This document shows, piece after piece, positions 43,466 to 52,136 of a stretch of 64,000 bases of DNA. Within the stretch, counting starts at the first letter, position 1. Every line of letters begins with the position of its first letter. The stretch is from Pseudonocardia sp. Its GTDB lineage: Bacteria; Actinomycetota; Actinomycetes; Mycobacteriales; Pseudonocardiaceae. The stretch lies in contig JAEUJO010000140.1 in NCBI GenBank assembly GCA_016794615.1, forward strand, positions 14,638-78,637. The letters run 5' to 3'. The position numbers and the translations under genes are program-made. The notes below the pieces were generated by a model, which ran no database searches, was not told where the DNA came from, and saw nothing but the letters and a program-made list of their open reading frames with translations.

Positions 43466-43630
43466 TTACCTCTTTCGGTTCGCCAGCTCGCGCTTCTGCG
43501 CAAGCCGGCCGTGGTACGTCGCCCAGCGCCGGAACTCGCCCTGCGGCATCTCCTGCCGCAGTCGGGTCACGGTCATGTGCAGCTCACCGGCCAGGAAGAA
43601 CTCGAACTCCAGCGTTGGGTCATTCTCGAA
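43466..43630 (-). CDS. Frameshift-accessed C-terminal extension of the tail assembly chaperone (gpGT-like)
   Basis: The +1 frame reads FENDPTLEFEFFLAGELHMTVTRLRQEMPQGEFRRWATYHGRLAQKRELANRKR-stop and has no SD-led start of its own. Confidence 0.8.
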   Translation of the reverse strand, partial: FENDPTLEFEFFLAGELHMTVTRLRQEMPQGEFRRWATYHGRLAQKRELANRKR

Positions 43631-43946
43631 AGTCGGCGTACGCCTGCTTGCCGGCGTTCTGGTCCATGCCCGAGATCCGGGTGATTGCCTCGACCACCGC
43701 CTGGATCTGCCCGGCCGGCGACACCTCCTGCCACTTGGCCACCTGCGCCTCGGTCAGCTTCGGCTCGACCAGCGCCGCGGCCACCAGGCGCTGCTCCATC
43801 ACGTCGGCGGCGTCGCTGGCCTCAACCTTCAGCGCCTCCGCCCGGGACAGCGGCCGGACCTTGACCAGGCCGCCGCCCGGAAGCGGGACATCCTCGACGC
43901 CGAACGCCTGGCCCAGCAGGTCATCGACGGTGCTCACGGTGCTCAT
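43620..43946 (-). CDS. Tail assembly chaperone
   Basis: Immediately after the major tail protein; VKVRPLSRAE..LVEPKLT..ISGM; ends GAC TTT CGA GAA TGA. Confidence 0.85.
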   Translation of the reverse strand: MSTVSTVDDLLGQAFGVEDVPLPGGGLVKVRPLSRAEALKVEASDAADVMEQRLVAAALVEPKLTEAQVAKWQEVSPAGQIQAVVEAITRISGMDQNAGKQAYADFRE

Positions 43947-43982
43947 GACAGGTGCTCCCCTTGTTCGTTGCGGGTGGTTGGG

Positions 43983-44390
43983 TCAGGCGCCCTGCGACGT
44001 CGTGGCGACGTCGTCAGAGAGCTGAAGATCGGCCGTCCAAGAGACCATGTCGTCGACCGGGGCCGATTCCTTGTAGCCGGTCACCAGGACGTCCACGGTG
44101 TGCGTGGGCTTGCCCGAGCCGATGCCCTCGGGCTGGTAGATCAGCTCCACGACGGTGCCCAGCAGCGGGCGGATCGCGGCGGCCGGGCCGGTGCTCGCGG
44201 TGTTGTCGTAGACGCCCTCGATGGTCGCCGTGCCGTCCTTCAGACCGCCGGCGTAAACCTTGCTGTTCTTGCCGAAGGTCGTCACGTCGTGCGAGTCGGC
44301 CTCCTGCTCGAAATCGACCTTCTTGGCGTAGATGCTCAGGTCGTCGCCGTCGAGCGACACCTTCACGTTCTTGCCGTGCACGTTCGCCAC
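43983..44390 (-). CDS. Major tail (tube) protein
   Basis: HGKNVKVSLDG, DVTTFG, GLKDGTATIEG and VSWTADLQLS; canonical position. Confidence 0.85.
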   Translation of the reverse strand: MANVHGKNVKVSLDGDDLSIYAKKVDFEQEADSHDVTTFGKNSKVYAGGLKDGTATIEGVYDNTASTGPAAAIRPLLGTVVELIYQPEGIGSGKPTHTVDVLVTGYKESAPVDDMVSWTADLQLSDDVATTSQGA

Positions 44391-44391
44391 G

Positions 44392-44799
44392 TCAGGCTCC
44401 TGTCCCTGTGATTGCCACTGCGAACTCCGCGCCGAGGTATTCAGTCCCGGCCACGGTCACCACCGAGAACTCGACCGACTGCACGACCGCTTCGTCGTAG
44501 ACGCCGGCCGGGTCGTGGGCCTCGATGACTGCCTTTACCGAGCGGTCGCCGCTGCCGTTGCAGTAGGCGCCCAGCTCAGCCGCCGCCGACTCGGCGTCGT
44601 TCTTGCTCACCAGGACCAGGACGGGGAACGTCGCGGAGTCGGAACCGCGGCCCATCGTCAAGTCGTAGTCGTGGGGGTCCGGCCAGCCGACGACCACGGC
44701 CGGCGCGGTGACCCGGTCGGCGTAGAACGAATGGACGTTGACGCCCTCGATTGCGCCCACGGCCTCGGCCAGCTCCAGCCGGACATCGTTGAGGTTCAC
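44392..44799 (-). CDS. Tail terminator protein
   Basis: 135 aa between the adaptor and MTP; GTG 44799 overlaps the upstream stop. Confidence 0.75.
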   Translation of the reverse strand: MNLNDVRLELAEAVGAIEGVNVHSFYADRVTAPAVVVGWPDPHDYDLTMGRGSDSATFPVLVLVSKNDAESAAAELGAYCNGSGDRSVKAVIEAHDPAGVYDEAVVQSVEFSVVTVAGTEYLGAEFAVAITGTGA

Positions 44800-45416
44800 G
44801 CGAACACCACCTTGCGCCGGCGCCGATACGGGGCCAGGACCACCGCCACGTCCGGGTCCAGCCGTTCCAGCAGGCGGATCTCGGTGCCCGCCTCGGGGCT
44901 GCCGGCCACCCCGTACGGGGAGTCCCGGCGGACCAGCAGCCGGGACGCCTGGAGCAACGTGGCCTGCTTGACCGCGTCCGGCACCGCCGACCAACCCCAC
45001 ACCGCCGTGACTCGCACGGCATCGGGGGCGTCGGTCGGCTGGACGTCCGAGGTGGACAGGATCGCCAGCTCAGTCCACGGGCGGCCCTCGGCGGCGGCGT
45101 TGCGGTTGCGCAGGGTGTGCGCCGTGATGGTGTCGGCGTACGTCTCGTCCCCGTCGCTGTCGAACGCCACCGCGAGGTCCGTGGTGGTCATGAGGTCGTC
45201 GATCGCGACCGTCCAGCGGGACGTCAGGGCGTCCCACCGGGCGGTGTAGTAGCGGGCCTCGGCGGCTGCCACGGCGCCGAACTGGCGCCGGGCGGCCTTG
45301 TCGACCGCGCGGGAGGCCGCAGCGATGGCCAGGGCCAGCCGCGCATCGGTCGCGTCGCCGTGCCGCACGAATGCGGCCAGCTCCTCGGCCGTGCAGTAGT
45401 CAGGTGCCCATGCCAT
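44796..45416 (-). CDS. Head-to-tail adaptor
   Basis: DYCTAEELAAF, AASRAVD, WGWSAVPDAVKQATLLQASRLLVRRDSPYG. Confidence 0.85.
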   Translation of the reverse strand: MAWAPDYCTAEELAAFVRHGDATDARLALAIAAASRAVDKAARRQFGAVAAAEARYYTARWDALTSRWTVAIDDLMTTTDLAVAFDSDGDETYADTITAHTLRNRNAAAEGRPWTELAILSTSDVQPTDAPDAVRVTAVWGWSAVPDAVKQATLLQASRLLVRRDSPYGVAGSPEAGTEIRLLERLDPDVAVVLAPYRRRRKVVFA

Positions 45417-45431
45417 CGCTGCGGCCGCCGA

Positions 45432-46751
45432 TCAGGCCGCGGCCGTGATGGCGATGCGCTTCACGCTCTTGCCGCTGTGCTTGACGTAGCACGCGGTGTA
45501 GGCCCACACGCCCAGGCGGATGACCTCGGGGCCGTCCGGCTCGTCGTAGCGGAACCGCAACACCGGCGACTCGAACAGGATGGTGTCCGCGGCGCGGGCC
45601 ACCAGGATGCTCTCGGGGTACTGCGTGACCCCGTCGCTGGCGAGGATGCCGAGGCCGTTCACGCGGCCGTCCACGGCCACGGTGCCGGTGCCGATGACGT
45701 TCATCGGGCCGCCCGAGTCCGGCGGGACGATCGGCCGGCCGGTGCTGTCCTTGATCTTCAGCAGCTGGCCGTAGCGGCTGACCGACGCCACCAGGACGTC
45801 CGCCGGCAGCTTGCGCGCGTTGCGCACGGCCACCGCGGTGTCCAGGATCGCGTCACCGATGTAGGTGGCCTCGGCGGGGTCCAGCGCCGTGGTGACGGCG
45901 GCCTCGGTGGCGTAGGTGACGACGGCCGAGCCGGCCGCCGTGACCATGGCGGCGACCACCTTGGCCTCCACCGCCTCGTTGTACTCACCGATCAGGTCCG
46001 ACCAGATGAGCGCGTCCACGGCGGGGTTGCTGGAGTCCAGCATCTGCCGCGAGACCTTCTGGCCGCCGCTGGTCGCCTTGGGGCTGACCGTGTCCACGGC
46101 CGAGTCCCATGCGTCGGTGAACGACGTGGCGTCGTTCTCGTTGGTCTGCTCGGCCACCGCGGCGCTCGCGGACTGGCGCGGCATCGAGATCGGCGCAGCC
46201 GAGGACAGCGGGATGTTGCGGACGGCCGCGGCCACCCGGCGCTGCTGGCGGGCCAGCTCGGCGAACTCGCCGGCCATCCAGACCGGCGGGATGACACCCG
46301 GGCCCTCGGTCGCCATGTCCAGCGCCCGGTTGTGCTCCACAAGCCGGCGCTGAGCGTCGGCGTCCTGGAGGCTGCGGGCGGCGAACAGGTCACCGAAGAA
46401 CGACCGGCCACCCTCGCGCCGGTAGTGGCCCGGGTCGCGGTCGCGGGTCGCGGCGTTGCCGGTCAGGCGCTCGCCGCTGCGGTTCTGCTCGGCCGGCGCG
46501 TTGGCGGGCCGGGTGTCGGCCTCCACCTGCGCGCCGAGCGAGGCGACCGCCGCGTGGCGGGTCTCGATCTCGGTCAGCGAGGTGATCTGGTCGGCCAGCG
46601 CGCGGGCCTGCTCGCCCTGCGCGGTGACGCTGGCCAGCTCATCGGCCGACAGGTCACGATTCTCGGTCGCGGCGCGGGTCTGAAGACCCTCGATGCCGCT
46701 GCGGAGACCCTCGTACTGCTCACGCAGCCGGGTCAGGTACGGGTTCGGCAC
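45432..46751 (-). CDS. Major capsid protein, HK97 fold with N-terminal delta (scaffold) domain
   Basis: Coiled-coil N-terminus, then IPPVW, VSRQMLDSS and D/G-rich C-terminal motifs; follows the protease. Confidence 0.92.
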   Translation of the reverse strand: MPNPYLTRLREQYEGLRSGIEGLQTRAATENRDLSADELASVTAQGEQARALADQITSLTEIETRHAAVASLGAQVEADTRPANAPAEQNRSGERLTGNAATRDRDPGHYRREGGRSFFGDLFAARSLQDADAQRRLVEHNRALDMATEGPGVIPPVWMAGEFAELARQQRRVAAAVRNIPLSSAAPISMPRQSASAAVAEQTNENDATSFTDAWDSAVDTVSPKATSGGQKVSRQMLDSSNPAVDALIWSDLIGEYNEAVEAKVVAAMVTAAGSAVVTYATEAAVTTALDPAEATYIGDAILDTAVAVRNARKLPADVLVASVSRYGQLLKIKDSTGRPIVPPDSGGPMNVIGTGTVAVDGRVNGLGILASDGVTQYPESILVARAADTILFESPVLRFRYDEPDGPEVIRLGVWAYTACYVKHSGKSVKRIAITAAA

Positions 46752-46799
46752 GGGTGACTCCCGGTGTCGGACGGACTGGTGGGTCCGCGTCCGAGCGGC

Positions 46800-46879
46800 C
46801 GGGGTGCCGTGGGCCGGAAAGTCCCGGGGTGCCGACGTCAGCGAGAGGTCGGGGTGCCGGGGCCGGCGCCGGGGTGTCG
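46800..46879. repeat. 10-bp direct repeats in the capsid-gene leader
   Basis: CGGGGTGCCG at 46800, 46825 and 46850 (25-bp period), with a 9/10 copy at 46870. Confidence 0.8.
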
Positions 46880-46904
46880 GCGTCGAGCGGTGTTGCTGGT
46901 GACG

Positions 46905-46944
46905 ATCTTACCTGGTGGGATCAGCGTCCCACCAGGTGGGATCA
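46905..46944 (-). promoter_or_regulatory. Candidate capsid promoter with overlapping hairpin/operator
   Basis: Minus-strand TCCC-N6-TAAGAT; 11-bp stem ACCTGGTGGGA/TCCCACCAGGT (46910-46937); GGTGGGATCA repeated at 46914 and 46935. Confidence 0.55.
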
Positions 46945-46945
46945 A

Positions 46946-47545
46946 TCAGGCTGCCGCGGGGAGGATCGGCAGGCCGGCCAGGATCTGCGCGGCCTGCGCC
47001 GCCCGGGACGCCGCGCCGCACGTGCACGCCGCGGCCACCGCCTCGGGGTCGCCGAACATCTGGCGGACCGCCGACACAGTGGCGCCGCGGCCGTAGGCGC
47101 CCTGGAGCACCACGGACACCTCCACCAGGTCGGCCTTGGTGCGCTCGATCGTCCCGTCAGGAAGCCGGCGCTGCTGGCGCTCGCGGAAGCCCACGCTCAG
47201 CTCGTCCAGGACGCCGTCCCGCAGCAGCTCCAGGGTCTCGTCCCCCACCGCCGTGGCCGAGACGCGCCAGGCGCCCCACAGCCCCGCGGCGTCGTCGCGC
47301 AGCTCGATGGCCTTGCCGATGACCGCGCCGCCGTACGCCATGTGCTCGCGGGTGAAGCGGACCCGGTTGGGCGCGCCGAGCTGGTGGCTGAACGCGCCCC
47401 GGGCGAACTGCTCGGTGAGGTCCGCCGTGATGCGCTGCCGGCGGCCGTAGGGCACCGCGATGCCTTCCACCGTGCGCCCGTCGCCACCCTTGGCGGCGCT
47501 GCGAATCTCCAGCTCGGGCGTGAACGCGCGGATGATCTCGGTCAT
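46946..47545 (-). CDS. HK97-family prohead protease
   Basis: RTVEGIAVPYG, EQFARGAF, REH, ELSVGF and LVEVSVV. Confidence 0.92.
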   Translation of the reverse strand: MTEIIRAFTPELEIRSAAKGGDGRTVEGIAVPYGRRQRITADLTEQFARGAFSHQLGAPNRVRFTREHMAYGGAVIGKAIELRDDAAGLWGAWRVSATAVGDETLELLRDGVLDELSVGFRERQQRRLPDGTIERTKADLVEVSVVLQGAYGRGATVSAVRQMFGDPEAVAAACTCGAASRAAQAAQILAGLPILPAAA

Positions 47546-47784
47546 CGGCTCACCTTGGGGTCGGCGGCATCGGCGAGGCCGCGGTGGGTCTGGCGGTGGG
47601 CGGGGCACAGCCCGCGCCACTCGGGCTGGTGGCGGCACCGCGGCACGTTGCACAGCACCGGGCGGACCTCCACGTCCACCACGGGCTCGGGCAGGGCCGG
47701 CGCGTCCTCGGCGGCCACGGGGGCCGGCACGCCCTCGACGTCGTCGGCGGCCGCGTGGCGGGGGCTGGGGCTGGGCTTGCTCAT
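47542..47784 (-). CDS. Small protein with a C-x4-C..GLC-x2-H zinc-finger-like motif
   Basis: LCNVPRCRHQPEWRGLCPAH; ATGA overlaps at both ends. Confidence 0.65.
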   Translation of the reverse strand: MSKPSPSPRHAAADDVEGVPAPVAAEDAPALPEPVVDVEVRPVLCNVPRCRHQPEWRGLCPAHRQTHRGLADAADPKVSR

Positions 47785-49001
47785 GCGGCGTCGTCCTCCG
47801 TGTCGGTGCCGTCGTGGGTGCCAGCGGCGGCAGGGGGAGCGAGCTGCCGCCGCTGGCGGTCGGTGAGTGGCGGCCGGTTCTCCAGCTCGCGCACCTCGTC
47901 GGGGGTGAGGAACCCGGCGCGGATGCCCACCTCATGGGCCTGGTACCGGGTGAGCGTGTCGCCGCGCAGGATGGCGTCCAGCCGGGCCTCGGCCCACGTC
48001 CCGCGCGGCATGTGCAGGCTCAGGGTCTGCTCGAACCGGGCCAGGTGGCCGGCCAGGCTGAACTTCACCAGGTCGGTGGACTTCTGCTCGATGTTGGCGT
48101 ACGTCATTGAGTCGCCCGAGACGCCCAGCCAGCTCGGGTCCAGCCCGAAGACCAGCGCCACCTCGTGCAGGCTGAACTTCCGCGACTCCAGTAGCTGCGC
48201 GTCCGTCGGATTCCACGCCAGCGCCTCGAACGACGTCCGGCCGTTGAGCACCGCGACCTTGCGGGTGGACTGCGCCCGCATCCACGTGGCCTGGATCTCG
48301 TCGGCCTCGCCCTGCTCCAGCGGGTCGTCCGGGGTGTCCTCCACCTTTAGGACGCCGGTCGGCACGCCGCTGCCGGTGGACGCCTTGGCCTGCCGGGACT
48401 GCTCGCTGGCCAGGCCCAGGGTGGTGTTCAGGTGGTTCTCCAGCACGCCCATGCCACGCAGCGCGCCGGGCTTGCACGGGCCCTTGACGTGCACCACGTC
48501 CTGCGCCGGGTACCAGCGGCTGCCCACGCCGTAGGCGATGGTGCCGACCGGCAGCGAGATGCCGTCCCACTCCTCCACGCGCTTCACGTGGACGTCCTCG
48601 GCGGACACCGGCAGGTAGCTGGTGGGCCACCCCTCGCGGTTGCGGGTGGCGATGAGGGTGATGGCGTTGCCGTGCCAGATGAGGTCCAGCGCCAGTGAGC
48701 TGATCGTGGTCACCCGGGCGTCCGGCGGCGCCGGCTGGTCCAGGAACGACGGGGTGGGCTCCAGCCGCTCAGCCGGTCGGCCAGCGCGCTGCCGGTAGGC
48801 GTGCCACGGCACCGAGCCCAGCAGGTCCGACAGCAGCAGCGCGCACCGCCAGGCACCGGGGACGGCCATGCCGCCCTGGTAGGCACCCGAGTCCCACGAC
48901 GGGGTGAGTCCGTCAACGACGGTCCACGTCTGCGACTGGCCGGTCCCGGTGTCGGTCGCGGTGTACTGGACATCCCTGGTGAATAACTCAGCGAGTCCCA
49001 C
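47781..49001 (-). CDS. Portal protein (HK97 family)
   Basis: LDLIWHGNA, DVVHVK, DAQLLESRKFSLHEVA and FLTPDEVRELENRPPL; GTG 49001 with an AAGGGAG SD. Confidence 0.93.
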   Translation of the reverse strand: MGLAELFTRDVQYTATDTGTGQSQTWTVVDGLTPSWDSGAYQGGMAVPGAWRCALLLSDLLGSVPWHAYRQRAGRPAERLEPTPSFLDQPAPPDARVTTISSLALDLIWHGNAITLIATRNREGWPTSYLPVSAEDVHVKRVEEWDGISLPVGTIAYGVGSRWYPAQDVVHVKGPCKPGALRGMGVLENHLNTTLGLASEQSRQAKASTGSGVPTGVLKVEDTPDDPLEQGEADEIQATWMRAQSTRKVAVLNGRTSFEALAWNPTDAQLLESRKFSLHEVALVFGLDPSWLGVSGDSMTYANIEQKSTDLVKFSLAGHLARFEQTLSLHMPRGTWAEARLDAILRGDTLTRYQAHEVGIRAGFLTPDEVRELENRPPLTDRQRRQLAPPAAAGTHDGTDTEDDAA

Positions 49002-49515
49002 AGTGGTCTCCCTTGCGAAGCGGGGCATCGAGATGCCGGTGGCAGGAGGCGCACAGCGGGCGGTAACGGGTGATGTCGCGGCTGTAGGCGCAGCCGCTCC
49101 CGGGGTCCACCAGCTCGTCCGGGTCTGCGTTGTCGTAGGCCCACTCGCGGGCAGGGGCGCCGCACGCGCAGGTGTGCCCCGAGGCTGCCCCCCGAGCGCG
49201 CCGGATCGCGAGGTGAGTGGCCGCGTACCCGCCCGGGCGGTCGTGCCAGGGCTTCAGGACCACCTCGACATCGCCGTGGCTGCGGTGCCGCTTGTAGTGG
49301 GTGTTGCAGTAGCCGCCTGCAAGGTGGGGCTCTGCGCAGTCGGTGACCCCGCAGAGGGTCTGCCGGGGAACCGAAGGGCGCCGCTGCGGGCCGATCGCAG
49401 CCGGGCCCGGGTCGCCGGTGCGCATCCACCGCTTGTAGTGAGGCTTGCAGTAGCCCCGGATGATCGTCTGACTGGACGACGTGCAGGCGGGCACAGAGCA
49501 GCGGGTAGCCTTCAT
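48988..49515 (-). CDS. Putative free-standing His-Me finger/HNH-like endonuclease with tandem zinc fingers
   Basis: Two C-x4-C..GYC-x2-HY repeats; C-terminal CACG..WAYD..Y..LCASCH; own SD; overlaps the portal start. Confidence 0.7.
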   Translation of the reverse strand: MKATRCSVPACTSSSQTIIRGYCKPHYKRWMRTGDPGPAAIGPQRRPSVPRQTLCGVTDCAEPHLAGGYCNTHYKRHRSHGDVEVVLKPWHDRPGGYAATHLAIRRARGAASGHTCACGAPAREWAYDNADPDELVDPGSGCAYSRDITRYRPLCASCHRHLDAPLRKGDHCGTR

Positions 49516-49637
49516 GGCTAGCCCCCTCTCGCTTGGATCGAGTAGGCGGGTCAGGCCCCGGATGAGCGTTGGCGCGCTCTCCGGGGTCGTCTCATTCTCG
49601 CACGGCGTGATCACGGCTAGGCCCATCGGGGCACCCA

Positions 49638-49844
49638 TCACTCCACCCCCGCGGTGCCAACGCCGCTACGGCGATCTGAGGGCGCGCCAGGACGCTTCCT
49701 GACGATCGCCTCGGCGGCCGTGGCCGCCGTAAGGGCCAGTGCGCCATCGACGACCAGCGCGCCACCTGGCGGCAGCAGCAGTGCCACGCCGACCAGGACG
49801 GCGAGCACGCCGAGCGCCTGGAGCGCGGTCAGGACATGAGTCAT
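49638..49844 (-). CDS. Small two-TM membrane protein
   Basis: Hydrophobic, TGATG-coupled to the terminase large subunit gene. Confidence 0.7.
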   Translation of the reverse strand: MTHVLTALQALGVLAVLVGVALLLPPGGALVVDGALALTAATAAEAIVRKRPGAPSDRRSGVGTAGVE

Positions 49845-51337
49845 CAGGGGGCCTCTCGGCAGAAGACGCGGGCGCGCTGGCGCTTGACGGGAGCGGGGAA
49901 CGTGCGGGCGATGCGGACAGCGCCGGCCATCGCATAGGTGCCGTCGACATGGCCGGCGCCCTTGCGGCTGAACCGCCAGCCGTCGCCGGACTGGAGTCGC
50001 GCGGACGCCGCCACGTGGGCATTAAGTAGGGGGTCGTTCGGGTGCGCGATCCGGCGGGACTGGACCAGGTCGGCGAACTCCTGGCACAGCTCGATGACCT
50101 CGGACCCCTTCAGCTCGACGGCGTCCAGGCCGCGCAGGTCCGCACCGAGCGCAGCACCCGGGCCAGACGGGAACCACCCGAACGCCCGAGGGCGAACGCG
50201 GGCCACGATCCCCGGCAACGCCCGGCGGGCCTCATCGACCGTGCGCCAGTTCGCGAACGCCTCCACCCGCAGCTGGCCGTCATCGAGCACGCCGGCGCCG
50301 GCGAGGGTCACGTGGGCACCGTCCGGGGCGACGTCCAGGCACAGCGCGACGCGGTCACGCACCGCGGCCAGCGAGCCCGTGGGGTCTGCGCTGGCCTTCC
50401 ACGCCTCCAGGTCCAGCGCCGCATCCAGCGCATCCACCCGCATGCACAGGTTCTCGGTGCGGAACACGGCCGGCGGGTCGGTGGACAGAAACGACCGGAG
50501 CGCATCGACCGTCAGCGTGTAGCCCAGCGCCGGGTTGGCCTGCGCCCAAGCGTCCAGGTCGTCCAGCTCGCAACCGTCCGGGGCGGACCACTCGAACAGG
50601 CCCACCGAGTCGTCAGTCTCGGCCAGCGCCACCGAGCGCAGGCTGTTGAGCACGACGGACTGATCATCCCCGGCGTTGGAGATACCGAAGGTCAGCGCGT
50701 TGGCCCGGGCCGTGGTGGTCTTGGTCAGGGCGCCGTACGCCAGCCAGTCCCGGTGCTCGCGCAGCTCATCGAGCAGGAGGGCGTCCACCGACAGGCCACG
50801 GCCGGCGCCCCGGGTGGCAGCGCTGACCTTGTACCGCGAGCCGTTGACCAGGCCCAGGCACTGCTCGCCGTTGACCCGGCGTACCACGTCGACCTCGGCC
50901 GCCAGGTCCGGGACGTCCTCGGCCAGCTCGACGGCGCCGGCCCACGACTCCATCGCAATCGCGAGCGACTGCGCGGCGCCCAGCACGGTGACCTTCTCGC
51001 GCTGGCCTCGGACGTACAGGAAGTACAACGCCACCAGGCGGCAAATCCAGCTCTTGCCGTTCTGCCGCGAGATCAGGATCAGCAGGGTGCGGAACCGGAA
51101 CCGGCCCGGCGCGCGCAGCTCCAGGGCGTGAATCAGGAGCCACCGCTGGTAGGGCAGCAGCTTGACGCCCAGGATGTCCTCGGCGAACCGGACCGCGCGG
51201 AACCCCTCGGACGTCTCCGGTGTCAGCGCGCAGGAGCACCCGCACGGGCCGGGCTTCCCGGTGACCAGCGGCCGCGTGAACAGGCGCGGCGTCGTCGAGC
51301 CCCGCACCTCCACCGGGCGGTCCAGGACGGCCGTCAC
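49844..51337 (-). CDS. Terminase large subunit
   Basis: LLPYQRWLL, Walker A ISRQNGKS, Walker B LLLDELRE, ISNAG, ANPALG, nuclease LDVA and DGTYA. Confidence 0.95.
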   Translation of the reverse strand: MTAVLDRPVEVRGSTTPRLFTRPLVTGKPGPCGCSCALTPETSEGFRAVRFAEDILGVKLLPYQRWLLIHALELRAPGRFRFRTLLILISRQNGKSWICRLVALYFLYVRGQREKVTVLGAAQSLAIAMESWAGAVELAEDVPDLAAEVDVVRRVNGEQCLGLVNGSRYKVSAATRGAGRGLSVDALLLDELREHRDWLAYGALTKTTTARANALTFGISNAGDDQSVVLNSLRSVALAETDDSVGLFEWSAPDGCELDDLDAWAQANPALGYTLTVDALRSFLSTDPPAVFRTENLCMRVDALDAALDLEAWKASADPTGSLAAVRDRVALCLDVAPDGAHVTLAGAGVLDDGQLRVEAFANWRTVDEARRALPGIVARVRPRAFGWFPSGPGAALGADLRGLDAVELKGSEVIELCQEFADLVQSRRIAHPNDPLLNAHVAASARLQSGDGWRFSRKGAGHVDGTYAMAGAVRIARTFPAPVKRQRARVFCREAP

Positions 51338-51543
51338 GGGTGGTCCAGCTCGACGCCGGGGTCATCGGTCAGCTTCACGCCCGTGGGTGGCGTGGTGGCC
51401 TGTCGGACCGCGGAACCTACGGGCTCGCCACCGAACTTGGGCACCGGGACCGCCGGCGGGAACAGCAGGAACGCCAGCCCGGCCGCCAGGAACGTCCCGA
51501 ACGTCACCCACGCGACCAGCGCGGCGAACTCCCGGCCGCTCAC
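51334..51543 (-). CDS. Small single-TM protein
   Basis: Hydrophobic N-terminus; GTGA overlaps at both ends. Confidence 0.65.
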   Translation of the reverse strand: MSGREFAALVAWVTFGTFLAAGLAFLLFPPAVPVPKFGGEPVGSAVRQATTPPTGVKLTDDPGVELDHP

Positions 51544-51935
51544 GCGCCGGCCTCATCGCGGAGCAGGGCCAGCGCGGACTTTCCGCTAGCCGGGGGCGGC
51601 TTGCCGACTACCGCGCGAGCCTTGGGCGTGGCGCCCAGCGCATCGAGCGCGGCCTGGAGCTTGGGGCCGACGTCGACCGCGACCGTGTGCGCGTCCACCT
51701 TCAGCTTCAGCCGGGCCACCAGTGTCGCAGTGTCCGGGTCATAGGGCAGCGCGGCGGCCTCATCCGCCAGCTTGCGCGCATCGTCGATCGTCCGGCCGTA
51801 CCGCAGCGCCAACGCCCGGATTCCGGCGTCTTCCGGCTGGAGCTGGAGCTTGCTCAGCGTGTCCGCCACGGCCTGCTCGATCTCGCCGGGCTTGTGCGCC
51901 GGAACGGCGGCAAGGGCGCGCTTCCTCGGTGGCAA
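51540..51935 (-). CDS. Terminase small subunit
   Basis: TTG start with a GGGAGGG SD; LALRYGRTID and GPKLQAALDALGATPKAR, typical of actinophage TerS. Confidence 0.85.
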   Translation of the reverse strand: MPPRKRALAAVPAHKPGEIEQAVADTLSKLQLQPEDAGIRALALRYGRTIDDARKLADEAAALPYDPDTATLVARLKLKVDAHTVAVDVGPKLQAALDALGATPKARAVVGKPPPASGKSALALLRDEAGA

Positions 51936-52136
51936 CCGACGACCCTCCCACTTGTCGAGACGTTTATCTCAGCATACGGGATGGATCATCGTCAGCCCAG
52001 GTCAGGGCATGCCGCCCGGATTCTCGTCAGAACGGGGGGAAAAAACCTTGACGGCAGCGGGTCAACCGGTGGCCCTCTGTCACCAAAAATCCCGCGGCCC
52101 GGTGCTGACCTGCGACGATGCACGCGGGGAGGAGAC
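51936..52136. other. Non-coding interval between HNH and terS, probable cos/packaging region
   Basis: Canonical position for cos phages; A/T tracts (GGGGGGAAAAAA, CAAAAATCCCGCGGCCCGG) in a GC-rich background. The exact cut site cannot be determined. Confidence 0.55.

Noticed and set aside
43560-43640. Canonical -1 frameshift in the tail chaperone
   Set aside because: The -1 frame gives MTQRWSSSSSW (not chaperone-like) and there is no slippery heptamer; the conserved-looking extension is in +1.
49638-51543. Firm holin call for the small membrane ORFs flanking terL
   Set aside because: Hydrophobicity alone is insufficient, and similar ORFs commonly flank actinophage terminases.
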